32,000 nucleotides of DNA from an uncultured bacterium (GTDB lineage: Bacteria > Margulisbacteria > WOR-1 > CAVSGV01): contig OY969425.1 of NCBI GenBank assembly GCA_963699255.1, positions 1,590,001 to 1,622,000 of the forward strand. The letters run 5' to 3'. The translations under genes were made by a program, and so were the position numbers. Under the pieces are notes generated by a model. The model searched no databases and was not told where the DNA came from. It saw only the letters and a program-made list of their open reading frames with translations. Shown here in pieces: positions 13,689 to 21,895 of this stretch. Within the stretch, counting starts at the first letter, position 1. Each line of letters begins with the position of its first letter.

Positions 13689-14375
13689 ATGCCAGATATC
13701 CTTATAATTGACGATGAAAGGGACATAGTCGAGGCGATCGAATACAACCTCAAAAAGGAAGGGTTTTCCACTCACAAGAGTTTTGACGGCATGAACGGCC
13801 TTCGGATCGCGAAAGAAATGGTTCCGGACCTCATCATTCTTGACCTTATGCTACCGGGAATGAACGGCATCGAACTGTGCAAAACCCTGAAAAAGGACGA
13901 CAGAACATCAAAGATACCCGTCATCATGCTTACCGCAAAAAAACAGGAAGTTGATAAGATCGTCGGCCTTGAGGTCGGCGCGGATGATTACATGGTCAAG
14001 CCTTTCAGCGTGAAAGAGCTCATAGCCAGGGTCAAGGCGATACTGCGCAGGTATATATCAATCCCGAAAGGGGAAAAAGCAAAGTCCGTGGTCATGTTCT
14101 CCGATGTAAAGATAGACCTGGACCGGCACGAGGTCACGGTAAAAGGAAAGCCGGTCGAGCTGTCCGCGAAAGAATTCAAACTTCTCGAATTCCTCGCGAC
14201 CAACAAAAATAAGGTGTTTTCAAGGGAACGCCTTCTTGACGATGTCTGGGGAATATCCGCCGAGGTTGAAACAAGGACGGTTGACGTTCATGTCACGAGA
14301 TTAAGGGAAAAGCTCGGGAAGGCCGGCGACCACATCCAGACCGTGAGGGGTTTTGGATATAAGTTAAAAGAATAA
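13689..14375 (+). CDS. phoB: OmpR/PhoB-family response regulator
   Basis: Receiver domain IIDDERDIVE..DLIILDLMLPGMNG..KPFSVKEL plus winged-helix region; adjacent to a kinase and the pst genes. Confidence 0.88.
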   Translation: MPDILIIDDERDIVEAIEYNLKKEGFSTHKSFDGMNGLRIAKEMVPDLIILDLMLPGMNGIELCKTLKKDDRTSKIPVIMLTAKKQEVDKIVGLEVGADDYMVKPFSVKELIARVKAILRRYISIPKGEKAKSVVMFSDVKIDLDRHEVTVKGKPVELSAKEFKLLEFLATNKNKVFSRERLLDDVWGISAEVETRTVDVHVTRLREKLGKAGDHIQTVRGFGYKLKE

Positions 14376-15707
14376 ATGGAAAAGGACATATACTGGAAGA
14401 TACTGGTTTCTTACCTGGTGATCGTCGGGATCTGCCTGCTGATAGTATTTTTTGCGAAGACCAGCATCATTTCCTTCACAGTGATCATACTGCTGCTGAC
14501 GATACACTCATCGTATATGGCCGCTTTTTTTGTGCGTCACATCGACAGCTTCTCCGACGCCATAAACGCCATTTCAAATGGCAATTTCAAGGCGCTTACC
14601 CAAAGGAAAGCTGAATCGGAGTTCAGCAGGATCGAAGACGCCATATTCGATCTTCAGGAAAAACTCTCGGTCACTATCAACGCGCTCTCCGATTCACAGA
14701 ACAAGCTGAAGACGATCCTGTCCTCCATGGTCGAAGGTGTCATCGCCGTGGATAAGGATGAGAACATAATGATACTGAATGATTCCGCGAGAGAAATGCT
14801 GGGGCTCGTCGGCGAAGACCTTGTCGGGCGGAATATTTCGGAAAGAATAAGGCAGCCCGAGGTTAAGGAGATCATAAAGATGGTGTTGTCGGAAAAAGCT
14901 CCAAGGGAAAGCGAGATAATAGTTTACGGGCCTGAAGAAAAAATACTGCTCGTGATGGGAGCTTCCACTAAGGGCGGGGGCGCGGTTGCGGTGCTTCATG
15001 ATATAACGAGGCAGAAAAAACTTGAGAGGATCCGCACTGAGTTCGCTGCCAATGTGTCGCACGAGCTCAAGACCCCGCTCACATCGATAAAGGCCGCTGT
15101 CGAGACCCTTCAGGAAGGCGCCATAAATGACCAGGCTCATAATGGGGAGTTCCTTGATAAGATCCGCAGGAACTCGGACCGGCTCACCTTTCTTATAGAC
15201 GATCTTCTTGAACTGTCCTCACTGGAAGCGCGGAAATCTCCCGATCAACTGAAGGAATATCGATTGCTTGATATTGTGGAACGAGCCGTTGATACGGTAT
15301 CGGAAAAAGCCGAAAAGAAACAGGTATCGATCAACGTCGTTCTTCATGACACGAATTGTGAGGTTGTATGCAATGAGGAACATATCGTGAGAGTGCTGAT
15401 AAACCTGATCGATAACGCGATCAAATATAATAGGGACAGAGGCGTGATAGACATAACTTCTGAAGAAGCGGGTAATTTTATAAAAATAAGCGTCATCGAT
15501 ACCGGCATAGGGATAGAAGAAAAACACCTGCCGAGGCTTTTTGAAAGGTTCTATACGGTGGATAAGGCCAGGTCCAGAGAGCTCGGCGGAACGGGCCTCG
15601 GGCTTTCGATCGCAAAACACATCGTGGAGCTTAACGGCGGCACGATATCGGTTTCAAGCAGACCCGGAGAAGGATCCACATTCAGCTTCACCCTGAAGAA
15701 AAGCTAA
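14376..15707 (+). CDS. phoR: PhoR-like sensor histidine kinase (two TM, HAMP-like, PAS, HisKA/HATPase)
   Basis: FAANVSHELKTPLTSIKAAVETLQEG, LINLIDNAIKYN, GIGIEEKHLPRLFERFYTVDKARSRELGGTGLGLSIAKHIVELNGG. Confidence 0.88.
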   Translation: MEKDIYWKILVSYLVIVGICLLIVFFAKTSIISFTVIILLLTIHSSYMAAFFVRHIDSFSDAINAISNGNFKALTQRKAESEFSRIEDAIFDLQEKLSVTINALSDSQNKLKTILSSMVEGVIAVDKDENIMILNDSAREMLGLVGEDLVGRNISERIRQPEVKEIIKMVLSEKAPRESEIIVYGPEEKILLVMGASTKGGGAVAVLHDITRQKKLERIRTEFAANVSHELKTPLTSIKAAVETLQEGAINDQAHNGEFLDKIRRNSDRLTFLIDDLLELSSLEARKSPDQLKEYRLLDIVERAVDTVSEKAEKKQVSINVVLHDTNCEVVCNEEHIVRVLINLIDNAIKYNRDRGVIDITSEEAGNFIKISVIDTGIGIEEKHLPRLFERFYTVDKARSRELGGTGLGLSIAKHIVELNGGTISVSSRPGEGSTFSFTLKKS

Positions 15708-15770
15708 GCATCTCTTCAGGGTTGACTCTGAAAAAAGCCTGATCATCCGCCAGATTTAATTTACCTTCCT

Positions 15771-15798
15771 GTTACATAAGCTACATATTCCCGTAACC
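15771..15798 (+). promoter_or_regulatory. Putative Pho-box-like element upstream of porin
   Basis: GTTACAtaagcTACATAttcccGTAACC; outer units 22 nt apart, as in the pstS upstream element. Confidence 0.4.
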
Positions 15799-15912
15799 TC
15801 GCTCCGCCATAATTGCGTCCGTTGAAAGTGCAAAAGTCGGTACGCGGGGAGGTGAGAACAAAAAAAATAGTGAGAGGTTCTTGATCGGCATTGTTAAAGG
15901 AGGTAGAAAAAG

Positions 15913-17022
15913 ATGAAAAATTTCGTAATATTAAGTTTGGCGGTATTGATGCTTGCGACCTTTACGCATAGTGTTTTCGCGGATGCGGCAAGCTTTTCGT
16001 TCAGCGGTTATACCTGGCTTAGGGAAACCGGAGTATCCGACATGTATAAGGATACGAGCCTTAATTCTTCAAAGATGTCTGTCGAAAGAACATACCTCAC
16101 CGTTAATATGAACTATGAGGACAACATCGCAGGCAGGCTCACACTGGATATGCCGATGAAAGCCGGTACTAACGCAAAGAACAATGATTGGACGACTTTC
16201 GTAAAATATTTGTATGTTGATGTAAAGAACCAGCTTCCGCTTGATACGACCATCAGGATAGGTCAGCAGCCTGTCTATTTCGCAATGATCGACAAGTGGG
16301 ACTATTCGATAATATACAAGAACCTGGAGGATAACCTGGGACTCCTGTCCAGCGCCGATCTCGGCGTTGGTCTCCTTGGATACCTACCCGGTGGATGGGG
16401 TGATTTCCAGTTAGCGGCTTATGGCGGTAATGGATATGCAATGCCGACGGAAACGGACAACAACGCGGCAACAGATATCAGCCTGAACGTGATACCGCTT
16501 CCCGGACTTTCTATCAGGGGATCGATATACAATTCAATGGTAAGCACGCTTGACGCTTCGAAAGTCAATGACGGGGCGCAGACCGGAAAATGGTATAACG
16601 GCGTTGCTGTGAATTATAACTACGGGCCGCTGTGGTTCATGTGGGAAGGCGTGGAAGGGATGAAGCCTAACACCCTGGATACTGACAGCAGCAAAGTATC
16701 CGGCAATTCAAAGATGGTGCTCTGGAACCTCAATGAGCAATGGCAGGTCGCTGTGAGAGAGGACGTTTATGATCCGGACGTGAACAATGACTACAATTCG
16801 GTTTACGGAAGAGCTGCCAACGTCCAGGATGCGCTTAATTCGAAGCAGGACAAGATGATGTACGGCATCAACTATCAGTGGTTCAAAGACCTGAAGGTGC
16901 AACTGGATTGGTCGACGCTGAAGTATGATATAGGCACTCAGGACATAACACCTACAGCGACGGTAAAGACGCCAGCTTATACCGATACGCAAACTGTGCT
17001 GCAGTTGGTGTGGTCGTTCTAA
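15913..17022 (+). CDS. Outer-membrane porin, likely phosphate/anion related
   Basis: Signal peptide MKNFVILSLAVLMLATFTHSVFADA, beta-rich body, terminal Phe in TLQLVWSF; located between phoR and pstS. Confidence 0.75.
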   Translation: MKNFVILSLAVLMLATFTHSVFADAASFSFSGYTWLRETGVSDMYKDTSLNSSKMSVERTYLTVNMNYEDNIAGRLTLDMPMKAGTNAKNNDWTTFVKYLYVDVKNQLPLDTTIRIGQQPVYFAMIDKWDYSIIYKNLEDNLGLLSSADLGVGLLGYLPGGWGDFQLAAYGGNGYAMPTETDNNAATDISLNVIPLPGLSIRGSIYNSMVSTLDASKVNDGAQTGKWYNGVAVNYNYGPLWFMWEGVEGMKPNTLDTDSSKVSGNSKMVLWNLNEQWQVAVREDVYDPDVNNDYNSVYGRAANVQDALNSKQDKMMYGINYQWFKDLKVQLDWSTLKYDIGTQDITPTATVKTPAYTDTQTVLQLVWSF

Positions 17023-17033
17023 TGAACAAGCTT

Positions 17034-17061
17034 GTTACAAGGATTTAACATTACTGTAACA
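17034..17061 (+). promoter_or_regulatory. Putative Pho box upstream of pstS
   Basis: GTTACA-aggat-TTAACA-ttact-GTAACA: three related hexamers at exactly 11-nt spacing. Confidence 0.55.
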
Positions 17062-17102
17062 TTGCTGGTGGATAATATAGTAGTAAAAAAGGAGGGTTTA
17101 AG

Positions 17103-17959
17103 ATGAAAAAGTTAATGACGTGTTTGATGATAATGGCGTTAATGACATCCGCCGCGATGGCAAAGACGCTCCAGATAAAGGGTTCTGACACTGAGCTGAA
17201 TGCGGTGCAGGCGATATCCGAGGCGTACATGAACAAGAACCAGGATGCTTCCATAGCGGTTACCGGAGGCGGTTCGGGAGCAGGCTTTGCCGCTCTTGTG
17301 AACGGCAAGGTGGATATAGCTATAGCCTCAAGGTCAATAAGCGCCAGCGAGATGAACCAGTGCAGAGCGAAGGGAATAAGCCCCAACTATATCGTTTTCG
17401 GTATAGACGGGCTCTCAGTAATAGTGAACGGCGCCAATCAGGTGAAAGACCTGTCCGTTGAACAGATCGCAAAGATATATAAGGGCGAGATAACCAACTG
17501 GAAAGATGTTGGAGGCCGCGACATGGCGATATCGCTTTACGGAAGGCAGTCAAGCTCCGGAACCTTCGTGTATTTCCGCCAGAACGTGATGAAAGGTGAA
17601 TACAGCACGAAGATGAACAGGATGGCGGGAATGCTGAGATAGTCGATGCGGTGAAAGCCGACAGGTCCGGCATAGGGTACGTAGGCGTGGGTTATACCCA
17701 GCAGAATGGTAAGTTGGTCGACGGGATAGCCGTGCTTACTGTTAACGGTGTTTCTCCTCTGGACGAAGCGAGCGTCGTGACGGGGAAATATCCGATCTCG
17801 AGGCCGCTGTACCATTACTTTAACGGGAAGCCGTCTGGTGACGCGAAAGCGTTCATGGAGTTCGAGCTTTCTGATGAAGGCCAGAACATACTGAAGGCCC
17901 AGGGCTTTTATAAGGTAACACCGGATTACGCTGAGATAAACAAGGCTAACCTCGAATAG
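17103..17959 (+). pseudogene. pstS: Phosphate ABC transporter substrate-binding protein, interrupted by a net -1 frameshift near 17630
   Basis: ORFs 17103..17642 and 17651..17959 join as ...NRMAG[N]AEIVDAVKADRSGIGYVGVGYTQQ... if one A is restored near 17630. Confidence 0.88.
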
Positions 17960-17966
17960 AGGTTAG
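17946..17966 (+). terminator. Hairpin overlapping the pstS stop codon; possible attenuator between pstS and pstC
   Basis: CTAACCTC-GAATA-GAGGTTAG followed by TGTTTTCTTC. Confidence 0.55.
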
Positions 17967-17980
17967 TGTTTTCTTCATAG

Positions 17981-18016
17981 GCCTTGAGCTCTCCGATTTA
18001 TCGGAGGGCTCTTGGC
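17981..18016. other. Second hairpin between pstS and pstC
   Basis: GCC-tt-GAGC-t-CTCCGAT-TT-ATCGGAG-g-GCTC-tt-GGC. Confidence 0.65.
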
Positions 18017-18033
18017 TTATGTTAGGAGAATGA

Positions 18034-18919
18034 ATGTTAAAGTCGAGCAGTAAGAACAAAATCGAATCATTGCTGGAGGCACTTTTTATAGCCAGCGCTT
18101 TCCTTTCAGTTGTTGTACTGGCGGGAATATTTATTCTTTTGATAGTCAATTCTTTTCCGGCGTTCAGGGATATCCGCATATTAGATTTTCTTAAACCTAT
18201 TTGGAACCCCGATGGTTATGACGAGTCGACTTACGGTATATTAGCGATGCTGGTAAGCACCGTGATGGTGACAATTGGAGCACTTATATTCGCGGTGCCG
18301 ATAGGCATTTTCACCGCGGCGTACATGGCGGAGATCGCCCCGCCCAGACAGAGAGAAATAATCAAGCCTGTCATAGAAATACTTGCCGGAATTCCTTCGG
18401 TGGTCGTGGGATTTCTGGGGATCGTTGTGCTGTCGCCGATGATAGCGAAGGATCTTTCATCTCTCGAACGGGCTTAACGCCGTCAATGGCTCGATACTGC
18501 TGGGGATAATGGCGCTTCCTACCATCATCAGCATTTCGGAAGACGCCATCGTGATGGTCCCGAATCATTACAAAGAAGGCTCCTACGCGCTCGGCGCGAA
18601 TAAATGGCAGACCCTTTTCTTTGTCACCCTTCCGGCGGCGTCATCCGGAATATTGGCTTCCGTAATGCTTGGAATGGGCAGGGCGGTCGGCGAGACCATG
18701 ACGGTGCTTATGGCTACGGGGAACGCTTCGGCAATGCCGGCATCCTTCTTTGATTCGGTAAGAACAATGACCGCGACGATAGCCATTGAATTGGGCGAAG
18801 TCCCATACGATACCACCCACTACTACGCGTTATTTGCTGTGGGCCTTTACGTGTTCATTATCACCTTTGTTATAAATCTCGTGGCCGATCATTATATGCA
18901 TAAGGTGAAAAAATACTGA
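18034..18919 (+). pseudogene. pstC: Phosphate ABC transporter permease PstC, interrupted by a net +1 frameshift near 18452
   Basis: ORFs 18034..18477 and 18509..18919. Removing one base (GAAGGATC to GAAGGTC) gives AKVFHLSNGLNAVNGSILLGIMALPTIISISEDA. Confidence 0.88.
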
Positions 18920-18920
18920 T

Positions 18921-19784
18921 ATGCAAAAGATATCGAAACTAAAAAGATACGAAGGGGCCATCGAGTGGCTTATCATGCTGCCCGTTCTCCTGGTCATAAT
19001 GATAATCGCATGGATAGTGATAGATATCCTGATAAAAGGGATCGGTGTCATCAACATCGGATTTTTACTTACACCTCCGAGGGACGGAATGACCAAAGGC
19101 GGGATACTGCCCTGCATACTGGGGACATTCTACGTGACGATGATAACGGCGCTGTTCGCGATACCCGTGGGAGTGTTCGCCGCCATCTATTTGAACGAAT
19201 ACGCGAAGGATTCAAAGATGAACAGGCTGATCAGGCTTTCGATCCGCAATCTCTCGGGCGTGCCCTCGATAGTATACGGCCTTTTCGGGGTGGCCCTTTT
19301 CGTCAATTCCATGAGGCTGGGGACATCGATCATTTCCTCGGGGTTGACTTTGGGTCTTCTTACGCTTCCCTGGACGATAACGGCAAGCGAAGAAGCTCTT
19401 AAATCGGTCCCCGACGCGTATAGAGCAGGTTCTCTTGCTCTCGGCGCCACAAAATGGCAGATGATACGGACATCGGTACTTCCTTACGCGATACCGGGGA
19501 TCCTGACAGGAGCGATACTTGGGTTGTCGCGAGCCGCGGGAGAGACCGCGCCGCTTTTGTTCACCGGCGTGGCTTTCTATATACCGCACCTTCCCAGGTC
19601 CCCGTTCGACCAGTTCATGGCGCTTCCTTACCACCTTTTCGTTATGTCGACCCAGCACCATGACATCATCGGCGTCAGGCCTATCGCTTACGGGACTGCC
19701 GCGGTGCTCCTGTTCTTCATATTGATGTTCAATTCAATAGCCATATATATCAGGTACAAGTTCAGGCAGATCAGGAGGGTATAA
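18921..19784 (+). CDS. pstA: Phosphate ABC transporter permease PstA
   Basis: [77 protein letters not shown]; intact. Confidence 0.95.
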   Translation: MQKISKLKRYEGAIEWLIMLPVLLVIMIIAWIVIDILIKGIGVINIGFLLTPPRDGMTKGGILPCILGTFYVTMITALFAIPVGVFAAIYLNEYAKDSKMNRLIRLSIRNLSGVPSIVYGLFGVALFVNSMRLGTSIISSGLTLGLLTLPWTITASEEALKSVPDAYRAGSLALGATKWQMIRTSVLPYAIPGILTGAILGLSRAAGETAPLLFTGVAFYIPHLPRSPFDQFMALPYHLFVMSTQHHDIIGVRPIAYGTAAVLLFFILMFNSIAIYIRYKFRQIRRV

Positions 19785-20551
19785 ATGAACGAAGAAATAT
19801 CCATAGAGGTGAAAGGTTTCAATTTCTATCTACGGCGAACGATAAGGCGCTTAAGAATATCAATCTTAAGCTGAAAAATAAGCACGTGAGCGCGCTTATA
19901 GGCCCTTCGGGATGCGGCAAATCCACGTTCCTGCGTTCGCTGAACAGGATGAACGACATAATAAAGAATACACGGATAGAAGGGACCATGATGATCGACG
20001 GGCAGGATATTTATGCTCCGGAAGTGGACGTGACGGCGCTCAGAAGGAAAGTGGGCATGGTCTTCCAGAAATCAAATCCATTCCCGAAATCGATATTCGA
20101 GAACGTGGCGTACGGAATAAAAATAAACAAGATAACCGATGATAAGGACAGGATCGAGGAGATGGTGGTGGAAAGCCTGAAGGCGGCCGCGATATGGGAC
20201 GAAGTGAAGGATTAGCTGGACAAGAACGCGCTTGACCTCTCCGGAGGGCAGCAGCAGAGGCTTTGCATCGCAAGAGCGCTCGCGGTAAAACCTGAGATCA
20301 TTTTAATGGATGAGCCGGCGTCCGCGCTGGACCCGATATCGACGGCAAAGATAGAAGAGCTGATACACGAGCTGAAGAAGCAGTATACTATCGTGATAGT
20401 GACCCATAATATGCAGCAAGCGGCGAGGGTTTCCGACATGACCGGTTTCTTTCTATTGGGCGAGCTGATAGAATTCGGCGTTACGAACGAGATATTCACG
20501 GCTCCGAGCGACAAGAGGACAGAAGATTACATTACCGGAAGGTTCGGATGA
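19785..20551 (+). pseudogene. pstB: Phosphate ABC transporter ATPase PstB, with a frameshift near 19821-19845 and an in-frame TAG at 20213-20215
   Basis: Start [15 protein letters not shown] is in frame 3 and [22 protein letters not shown] in frame 2. [28 protein letters not shown] continues in the same frame after TAG. Confidence 0.88.
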
Positions 20552-20569
20552 TCCCAAAAAGGAGGATGT

Positions 20570-21283
20570 ATGAACGCGGAACACAGGACGTTCGATGACG
20601 AGCTAAAAGAATTGAACAGGATGATACTTGAGATGGGAGGCCTTGTGGAAGGGTCCATTTCCAGGGCCGTCGAGTCGCTCAAAAATAAGGACGAGGAAAT
20701 GGCCAAGGACGTGATAAGGGGCGACGACAGGACGAACAAGCTTGAGGTGGAAATAGACGAGAAATGCGTAAGCCTTCTGGCGCTGCGCCAGCCCATGGCG
20801 GTGGACCTGCGTTTCATAACAACCGGCATGAGAATAGCCACGGACATTGAGAGAATAGGTGACCTCGCCGTGGACATAGCCGAACGCTCGCTCGAGATGG
20901 TGGCTCAGCCCCTTCCGAAGCCGCTGATAGATATACCAAAACTTGCCGATGTCGCGAAGAAAATGGTGAAGGGGGCTCTTGATTCTTTCGTTAACAGGGA
21001 TATCGATATCGCAAGAGAGGTGTGGAATTCAGATGATGAAGCGGACCATTACAGGGACCTGATCCAGGATGAACTTATAGATGTTATGATGCACGACCAA
21101 TCCGTTATCCCGCAATCGGTCCTTTTGATATTCGTCGCAAGGCATCTTGAGAGGATATGCGACCACGCCACCAACATCGCCGAGGACGTGGTTTACATGG
21201 TTGAAGCCAAGATGATAAAGCACAACGTTGATGAGCTGAAAAAATTCATAGGGAAGGACTGGAAAGAAAAGAAGAAAATATAA
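20570..21283 (+). CDS. phoU: Phosphate signalling regulator PhoU
   Basis: TFDDELKELNRMILEMGGLVEGSI, LEVEIDEKCVSLLALRQPMAVDLRFI, ARHLERICDHATNIAEDVVYMVEA. Confidence 0.95.
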   Translation: MNAEHRTFDDELKELNRMILEMGGLVEGSISRAVESLKNKDEEMAKDVIRGDDRTNKLEVEIDEKCVSLLALRQPMAVDLRFITTGMRIATDIERIGDLAVDIAERSLEMVAQPLPKPLIDIPKLADVAKKMVKGALDSFVNRDIDIAREVWNSDDEADHYRDLIQDELIDVMMHDQSVIPQSVLLIFVARHLERICDHATNIAEDVVYMVEAKMIKHNVDELKKFIGKDWKEKKKI

Positions 21284-21307
21284 ACGTGAAAAGGAGGGAG
21301 AGTAAAA

Positions 21308-21661
21308 ATGGAAAAAGTTGCGATCATTATTAATGATGCGCCCTACGGAACGGAAAGGCCTTGGAATGCGCTGAGATTGTGTAAGGCTCTTGCGGTGGCG
21401 AAGCAAAATATTGTCATCTGTCTTGTTGGAGATGGTGTTTTGATCGCAAAAAAAGGACAGCAGCCCCCAAAAGGTTTTTATAATATCGGATCGATGCTCC
21501 AGGAATTGATTTCGCTGGGAGCCGAAACCATAGCTTGCAGAACATGCACCGATGCAAGGGGGCTTGGCCAGGATGAAATCATTGACGGCGTAAAAGTAGG
21601 GGGATTTATGACTTATTTGGCCAAATTGATAGCCGAGGGCGCAAAGGTCATTTCTTTTTGA
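21308..21661 (+). CDS. DsrE/DsrF-like small protein
   Basis: Repeat of the DsrE fold pattern: KVAIIINDAPYGTERPWNALRLCKALAV..., VGDGVLIAKKGQ, ACRTCTDARG. Confidence 0.8.
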   Translation: MEKVAIIINDAPYGTERPWNALRLCKALAVAKQNIVICLVGDGVLIAKKGQQPPKGFYNIGSMLQELISLGAETIACRTCTDARGLGQDEIIDGVKVGGFMTYLAKLIAEGAKVISF

Positions 21662-21682
21662 AGTAAAATAATTTATATATCA

Positions 21683-21724
21683 TTGAAAAATATCGGCAAG
21701 GACTGGAAAGAAAAGAAGAAGATA
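21683..21724 (+). repeat. Partial duplicate of the phoU 3' end
   Basis: Encodes LKNIGKDWKEKKKI*; the phoU end reads LKKFIGKDWKEKKKI*. Confidence 0.75.
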
Positions 21725-21730
21725 TGAGTC

Positions 21731-21756
21731 ATTCTGAGGCCGAAGGCGCTCAGAAT
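21731..21756. other. Bulged hairpin downstream of dsrE-like gene
   Basis: ATTCTGAG-GCC-GAA-GGC-g-CTCAGAAT. Confidence 0.75.
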
Positions 21757-21775
21757 CTGCCTTTAATAAACACAG

Positions 21776-21808
21776 ACACTGAGTCCCCGCCATGGCGGGG
21801 CTCAGTGT
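21776..21808. other. Strong bulged hairpin in convergent region; terminator-like but no T tract
   Basis: ACACTGAG-t-CCCCGCC-AT-GGCGGGG-CTCAGTGT. Confidence 0.8.
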
Positions 21809-21862
21809 GACAAAGCCCATTGTAGTAGATTATGATACCAATATATTTTGGGGTGAGGGCGT

Positions 21863-21890
21863 GGAGCCGAGGCTTTTAGCCTCGGGTTAT
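21863..21890. repeat. Bulged hairpin related in sequence to 3287-3314; next to the clpC 3' end
   Basis: ggagCCGAGGCTTTTAGCCTCGggttat. Confidence 0.75.
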
Positions 21891-21895
21891 TGAAT

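Noticed and set aside
17620-17660. Programmed ribosomal frameshifting in pstS
   Set aside because: No slippery heptamer or supporting structure is evident at 17620-17640. Restoring one A gives the family sequence directly.
20213-20215. In-frame TAG in pstB as possible stop-codon recoding (for example pyrrolysine)
   Set aside because: The same gene also carries a frameshift and its neighbours pstS and pstC are broken too. A single nonsense change, such as from AAG, is simpler.
21776-21808. Intrinsic terminator
   Set aside because: The stem is strong but no T tract follows on either side, so I list it as a hairpin rather than a terminator.
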